DNA of 64,000 bases from Eledone cirrhosa (lineage: Eukaryota): NCBI GenBank assembly GCA_964016885.1, contig OZ024744.1, forward strand, positions 86,118,001 through 86,182,000, written 5' to 3'. The translations under genes were made by a program, and so were the position numbers. Positions 57,161-64,000 of the stretch are shown piece by piece. How positions within the stretch are numbered: the first letter of the stretch is position 1; each line of letters begins with the position of its first letter. The notes beneath the pieces were generated by a model. It was given only the letters and a program-made list of their open reading frames with translations, did no database searches and was not told the origin of the DNA.

Positions 57161-57320
57161 ATATATATATATATACAGGAACGAGTAGGACCCCGACGGC
57201 TGAGCTCAAGCCGTTTCGACGGCTAATTCTACTACCTTAAGTATTGAGTACTTTGGTGCGTTATGGTCCACCTGGTTCCTTACCACATTTCCTTCGTTAT
57301 ATATATATATATATATATAT

Positions 57321-59224
57321 AATGGAAAAATTTGAACAGGGACAAAACAGAGAGGCAGTACAACGAATGTTTATTAATTTCACGATTTCACGCTCTGGAG
57401 AGTGGGGTGTTGGTGGGGGACGACGTTTCGGGCATAAGCCCTTCCTCAGGTGAGAAGTGTGTGGGAACAGAGTTCAAAGGGTGTGTAGGGGAGTGGTGGA
57501 GAGACATATAGCGAAAGGAAACGGTGCGAATGAAAAAATAAAAAATAAAGATCAAAATAAAAATAAAGCATGATCAAAATACAAGGAATGAAATAAATTT
57601 AAATATAAAAGCATGATCAAAATAAACTGAAATTAAAAGGGGAGTAAAACAGGTGGTGGAAGGGTGTGGGGTGTGTAGGGGTGGTGGCGGGTGGAGTGGG
57701 GTGAGGGAGACGGGGTGTCCGAGCGGGGAGGGCTGAAGATGGCGTGTGTGTGTAGGTGTGCGTGTGTGTGTGTGTGTATGTGAAAGTAAGGGTTGGGGGA
57801 AGAACGGGGTTGCATGTTCAGGAAGAGGTGTGTGTGGGGTGGGGGGTTGTGGGTCGGGGTGTCTGTGCGTGTGTGGATAGAGGGGTGGGGGGAGAGGAAT
57901 CAGGAGGCTGAGGGTGTAAATATGTGGTGGAAAGCACGTGTGTGTGTGGTTTAAGCGTGTTGTGGGTGTAGGTGGCGTGTGGAGAAAAATTTTTTTTGCG
58001 GGTGTGTGTGTGTGGGTGAGTTATATAGGCGATTACGTAAGAGGATGGTTGAAAAGTAGGTAAATTCCAAAGATGTTTAGTGGACTCTGTGTTGGTCAAT
58101 TTCTGCGTGTGGGTATTCCATGAAGCGATGGTCGGAAGAGGAGAGATGTGGGGTGCGCGCGCAACAGGAAGTGGTCAAGCAGTGGGAGTGCTGTGTGTCT
58201 GTTTGTGCTGAGAGGTGGTCAGAGGGCATAGCAGCAGTCGGTGGAATGGTAAAGGGGCGAGGATGGGTAGGTGTGAAAGTTGGAGTGAGGAGGGTGTGTG
58301 TGTGTATTAGTAGAGGTGTTAGTGGGATGAGTGAGTGTGGAGCGAGGGTGTGGGTGGAGCGGGGAGAGAAGGGTGTGTGTGGTTCTATGGAGGGAGTGTG
58401 GTGTACTGGTGTGTGTGTAGTTTGATGAAGAGGTGTTAGTGGGTGTTAGTATACGGGAGGTGGGGAGGGGTTGAATGCAGGTGTGAGTGGGGGTTAGTGG
58501 TGGTAGGGTGTGTAGAGTTGGTGGTGTACGAGGGTGTGTGGGTACGTGTGCGTGGGGTTGGGGGGGTGTTAGTGATTTTAGTTGCGTGTGGGGTGGGTGG
58601 TGTAAGTGGGTGCGTGTGTTCGTGTGCTTGGGGTTAGGGGGTGTTAGTGAGGTTAGTTGCGGGGTGGTGGGATGGAGGTGTGGGGGTGAGAGGTGTGGGG
58701 GTGAGGGTTAGTGGTGGTAGTAGGGTGTGTGTTTAGTGTGAGCGCGTGTATATATGTGTCGGTGGGTGTGTGCGTGTGATAAGGAGGGGGTGGAGGAGAA
58801 GAAGGGAGGGATGTTAGTATGTTAGTTGGGGAAGGGTGGTCAGATGAGGGGTGGAGTGGAGGTGTTAGTATTGTTAGTTGTGGGGTGGGCGGTGAAAAGG
58901 AGGGGTGTGTTAGTGGTGTTAGTGGGGGATAAGTGTGGGGGGAGGGGGGCGGTCGAAGGCTAAAGGAATAAGGGTGGGGAGTTCAGGCCGGGGGGAGTGT
59001 GGGTCTGTAAGATGAAGATAGTTCGTTGTTCGACCGTAAGGCGATTGGCGGGGGTTCCGTGGCACTGGAGTAGGCCACAGACTGTGAGATGGCGTGTGGA
59101 ATGTCCAGGGCCACCAAAGTGGCGGGCGATGGGGGAACTACCCCCGAGACGAATATCCCGGAGGTGCTCCGTGAATCGGTCCGCCAGGCGACGTCCCGTC
59201 TGTCCGACATAAGTCGCGCTTACC
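57321..59224 (-). mobile_element. 5'-truncated Penelope-like element: GIY-YIG endonuclease C-terminal half, long C-rich 3' UTR and a minimal HHR (57420-57453)
   Basis: ORF 58960-59226 reads YVGQTGRRLADRFTEHLRDI...HF...H...EQRTIFILQTHTPPGLN. The 3' UTR has AC-CTGAGGA-A-GGGC-TTAT-GCCC-GAAAC-GTC^GT, then AATAAA and (TA)n. Confidence 0.85.
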
Positions 59225-59283
59225 ATATATATATATAGTATAAGAAATAATCTATATATATAATAATAATAATAATATATATA

Positions 59284-59351
<68 letters not shown>

Positions 59352-59567
59352 TCTATATATGAAATTATTGAGGACCCCGACGGCTGAGATCCGGCCGTTT
59401 CGACAGCTAAATCCGAATTGAGTTCTTCGGATCAGGCTGTCGAAACGGCCGGAGCTCAGCCGTCGGGTTCCTCAATCCTTTCATTCTACACACTCTACTA
59501 CCCCAAATAGCAAGTAGTCTGGAAGGTTATAGTCCACCTGTTTTTTTTTTTTACTACACCCTATCTG

Positions 59568-59599
<32 letters not shown>

Positions 59600-59959
59600 T
59601 ATACATACACAGTGCGCTTGTGTGTTCTTGTTGACTTATGTATTTACTTGTGTTTCTACTTTTGTGTATATATTATTCGCTCCTTACCCTTTTGCAATAC
59701 AAAATTCCCCTTTCTCTTCATCGGTTATCAGCATAAGCTACCCGACGAAGTAATCATGAAGAAGTACTGAAACTTTAAGCTATGTGGCTTCGAAACGAAC
59801 TTTTTACCTTACAGCTATAATAATTGTTCTACTTCTGGCACAAGGTCGTAAAGGACAGTAACTCTATACTGCAAAGCATAGAATTCGACCTGCTTCCGAT
59901 ACTGCCAATCCAACGCCCTTACAGCCATAATAATTATAATTATTATAGCAGTGTAATTA

Positions 59960-60150
59960 GGGCGGTGGATTGGCAGTATCGGTAGAGCGTAAGACGCCAT
60001 GCTTTGCAGCATAGAGTTACGTCTCTTTGAGGTCTGAGTTCAATTCCTGCCGAGGTTAACTTTGCCTTTCATCCTTACGGGGTCGATAAAATAAAGTTCC
60101 AGTAATGCACTGAGATAATTGTTGGCCTTGTGCCAAAAGTAGAAACAATT
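59960..60150 (+). mobile_element. tRNA-derived SINE family 1 (representative of about 25 copies)
   Basis: A box TGGCAGTATCGG, B box GAGTTCAA(A/T)TCC, central GCCTTTCATCCTTACGGGGTCGATAAAATAAAGTACCAG (MetaSINE/LF-SINE-like domain from memory), tail GGCCTTGTGCC...GAAACAATT. Approximate copies: 2282-2448+, 8361-8582-, 18671-18837+, 24075-24255-, 30760-30905-, 32525-32702-, 34448-34558-, 35860-36050-, 43108-43295+, 45180-45375-, 50040-50222+, 50318-50493-, 51820-52085-, 54540-54728+, 54745-54935+, 55243-55430-, 55452-55617-, 60615-60806-, 60933-61080-, 61130-61320-, 62180-62346-, 62370-62462+, 62783-62995+. Confidence 0.9.
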
Positions 60151-61550
60151 ATGTACTGGGGTCGATTTAATCAACTTTCCCCTTCCCTTGAAATTACTGG
60201 CCTTGTGCCTATACTAGAAATCATTATTATAGCCGCATAATTTGTGATTTCAATATCCAAGCGGACCGTTGTGTTGAACACAACGGTCTTGTTATCATAG
60301 TTATGCATAGAATTAGGCGTGAATTCTAGACGTTGCCCACCCAGGAGACCACAATATAACCTTGAAAGAAATTTATAAAATAACAAATATACTGACTTGA
60401 AGAAAGAAAGTGCACAAATATGATCAGTTCCACTTAATAACATCAAGATGTTTCCACTTGATACCGGAGCTTTGGGTTCGATATTAATAACGGGAACGGA
60501 TCTTAATGGATTTAGACGTGGCTGCTTGCAAGGAATGACTTGCAAACAAAATCAGAACTGAATTCTTCTAAGAAACACATCACTATTAGATTTAGGAGCA
60601 ATGGTTTATCTAGATAATGGTTTCTATATTTGGCACAAGGCCAGCAATTATCTCAGTGCATTACTGGTACCTTATTTTATCGACCCCGTAAGGATGAAAT
60701 ATAAATCTAACCTTGGCAGGTTTTGAACTCAGAACATAATGGGCCATAACTCTATGTTGAAAAGTATGGTGTCTGATGCTCTACCAATACTGCCAATCCA
60801 CCGCCCTTCTAGATAATATGGGATAATATCTAGATAACATCTAGGATAATATCTAGATAATATAGTGAATTGCCAGTAAATACAAATCAATTTATCTTTA
60901 CATGAGAAAATGATAGTGTAATATACTAATATAGTTTCTATTTTTGGCACAAGGCACAACAAATATCTCAGTGTATTACTGGTACTTTATTTTATCTACC
61001 CCGTAAGGATGAAAGGCAAAGTTAACTTCAGATCGTAAAGGGACGTAGCGCTAGGCTACAAAGCATGGCGTCCGACCCTAATCTTAATCAAATAGATTTA
61101 GTATCACAAATTGTTCTAATACATATATTAATTGTTTCTACTTTTGGCACAAGGCCAGCAATTACTCACTGCATTACTGGTACTTTATTTTATCGACCCC
61201 GTAAGGATGGAAGGCAAAGTTAACCTTGGCGGGATTTGAACTCAGAATGGAAAGGGGCGTAACTCTATGCATCAAAGCATGGCGTCCGACCCTCTACCGA
61301 TACTGCCAATCCACCACCCCCATACATATATTAATGCTGTAGTTGCTGTTTTGTTCAGTAAATATGCGACATATATCTTCTTCAGCCGTCGGGTTTTAAC
61401 AAACATCTCAGACAAACAGTATTTTCATGAGTATTTGTATGAATATATATATATATGAAATACCAATGATCGTTGGCAAATCACTGATGAGGGACTCATT
61501 TTATAACATGTAATCCATGTGCAACCATGCAGTATTCTTCTCCCCATATT

Positions 61551-61584
<34 letters not shown>

Positions 61585-61589
<5 letters not shown>

Positions 61590-61730
61590 CGAAACATAAG
61601 TCAATTGCATGAACTCATAATCCTTTATTTACTGCTATATATATTTCGATGATAGCCATTGATTGGCTATGACCTCATCAGGCAGTTAGTCAGATCTTAG
61701 ATATGCCACCTCTGTGTTTATAGTGTTGAT
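61585..61730 (-). mobile_element. Second family H copy with an intact-looking hammerhead at 61631-61686
   Basis: ACTGC-CTGATGA-GGTCATAGCCA...TGGCTATCATC-GAAA-T-ATAT-A-TA^GCAGT. Confidence 0.78.
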
Positions 61731-61851
61731 GGTATCAGAGCCTTGGGAATATATATATATAAACAAATTAACTCGAAAATAGAGTATTGAGACGCGAGTG
61801 TATTAGAATTCTCAGGAAAATGGGAAACCTCGGCGTATGGATGCTGTTAGA

Positions 61852-61977
<126 letters not shown>

Positions 61978-61986
61978 CGTGTGTGC

Positions 61987-62034
<48 letters not shown>

Positions 62035-63189
62035 CAAATTCAGATGATGCAATATATTTCGTAAATCATTTATAACCTTACAATTGTTTCAATACATAAG
62101 TTAAGTCACACTAATGCCAAGAAAAACATATATATTGAACATCGCTAAGTATCACAAATTGCAGAAGTGGATATTATATTACTTTCTACTTTTGGCACAA
62201 GGCCAGCAATTACCACAGTACATTACTGGTGCTTTATTTTATCGACCCCGTAAGGATTAAAGTCAAAGTTAAGCTCGGCGGTATTTGAACTCAGATCATA
62301 ATGGGCCATAACTCTATGTGTCAAAGCGCCTACCGATACTGCCAATGGATTTTGATTATATAATTTATAAACTTTGCCTTTCATCCACACGGGGTCGATA
62401 AAATAAAGTACCAGTAATGTACTGGGTATTTGCTGGCCTTGTGCCAAAAGTAGAAACAATTATTTATAAAGTTGTATTAATATTTTAACTTTTAATTTAT
62501 CTTTGTTTTAACTCCATTGTAATTTTAATGTTTTTTACTTTAACGCATTAATCTTCCTAGATCCATTTTTTCGTATCCTTATATAGTTTACAATATTTCA
62601 TATAATCGATAGTGTTCCTTAAATATGTAACCTTTAATCAATGAACTCATTTCCTTTCTCATTTGAGTGTGCGTTTATCAGGTTATTGGTTCTAATTAAT
62701 ACCTCATATGATATACTGCAATCACTAATACTTAACTATGTATGTTTTCTGGTTTTCATTTTATTATGTTGTCCCGATAGGAGGCCGGTAGATTGGCAGT
62801 ATTGGTAGAGGGTCGGACACCATGCTTTGCAGCATAGAGTTATGGCTCATTACGTTCAAATCCCCCCGAGGTTAATTTTGCCTTTCATCCTTGCGGCGTT
62901 GATAAAATAAAGTACCAGTCATGCACTGGGGTCGATTTAATCGACTTTCCCCTCCCCCAAAATTGATGGCCTTGTGCCTATATAAGAAATCATTATATTG
63001 TCCCGATAATAGTAATAATAGTAATAATTAAACCGCTTATTGAAACAATTGTAAGGAAATATATGATTTAAGAAATCTATTCCATCATATAAATTGTTTG
63101 TATATGCTCTCTGTAATATATGTTACATTTTTCTTGTGTGTTTATGTATATATGTAGATACAGATAGCGCTACGATGTGATGTTAATAG

Positions 63190-64000
<811 letters not shown>

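Overview
AT-rich, microsatellite-saturated animal (non-prokaryotic) DNA. The SINE families and (TA)n/(CA)n/(GA)n/(GATA)n style suggest an Octopus/cephalopod intron or intergenic region; this is inferred, not checked. No host protein-coding gene could be supported, and nearly all long ORFs in the track are translated microsatellites. Supported content: (1) a near full-length, frameshifted 5.9-kb Tx1/L1-clade LINE (gag-like ORF1; APE-RT-CCHC ORF2) inside a (GATA)n tract, plus two truncated relatives; (2) about 25 copies of a tRNA-derived SINE and several of a CORE-type SINE; (3) RTE-, HERO/RLE- and Penelope-like (GIY-YIG) fragments and MITEs; (4) more than 20 type I hammerhead-ribozyme (HHR)-like motifs from about 10 unrelated (TA)n-embedded repeat families. 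The hammerhead set is the most interesting signal. It includes a 595-bp head-to-tail array with one U3-A8 variant HHR per unit (retrozyme/circRNA-like), a recurrent non-canonical core with a U.U apposition closing stem II, HHRs with large homologous loop-II inserts, and palindromic copies whose symmetry axes fall on ribozyme helices, suggesting snap-back priming during retrotransposition. All RNA folds were paired by eye; no activity has been tested.
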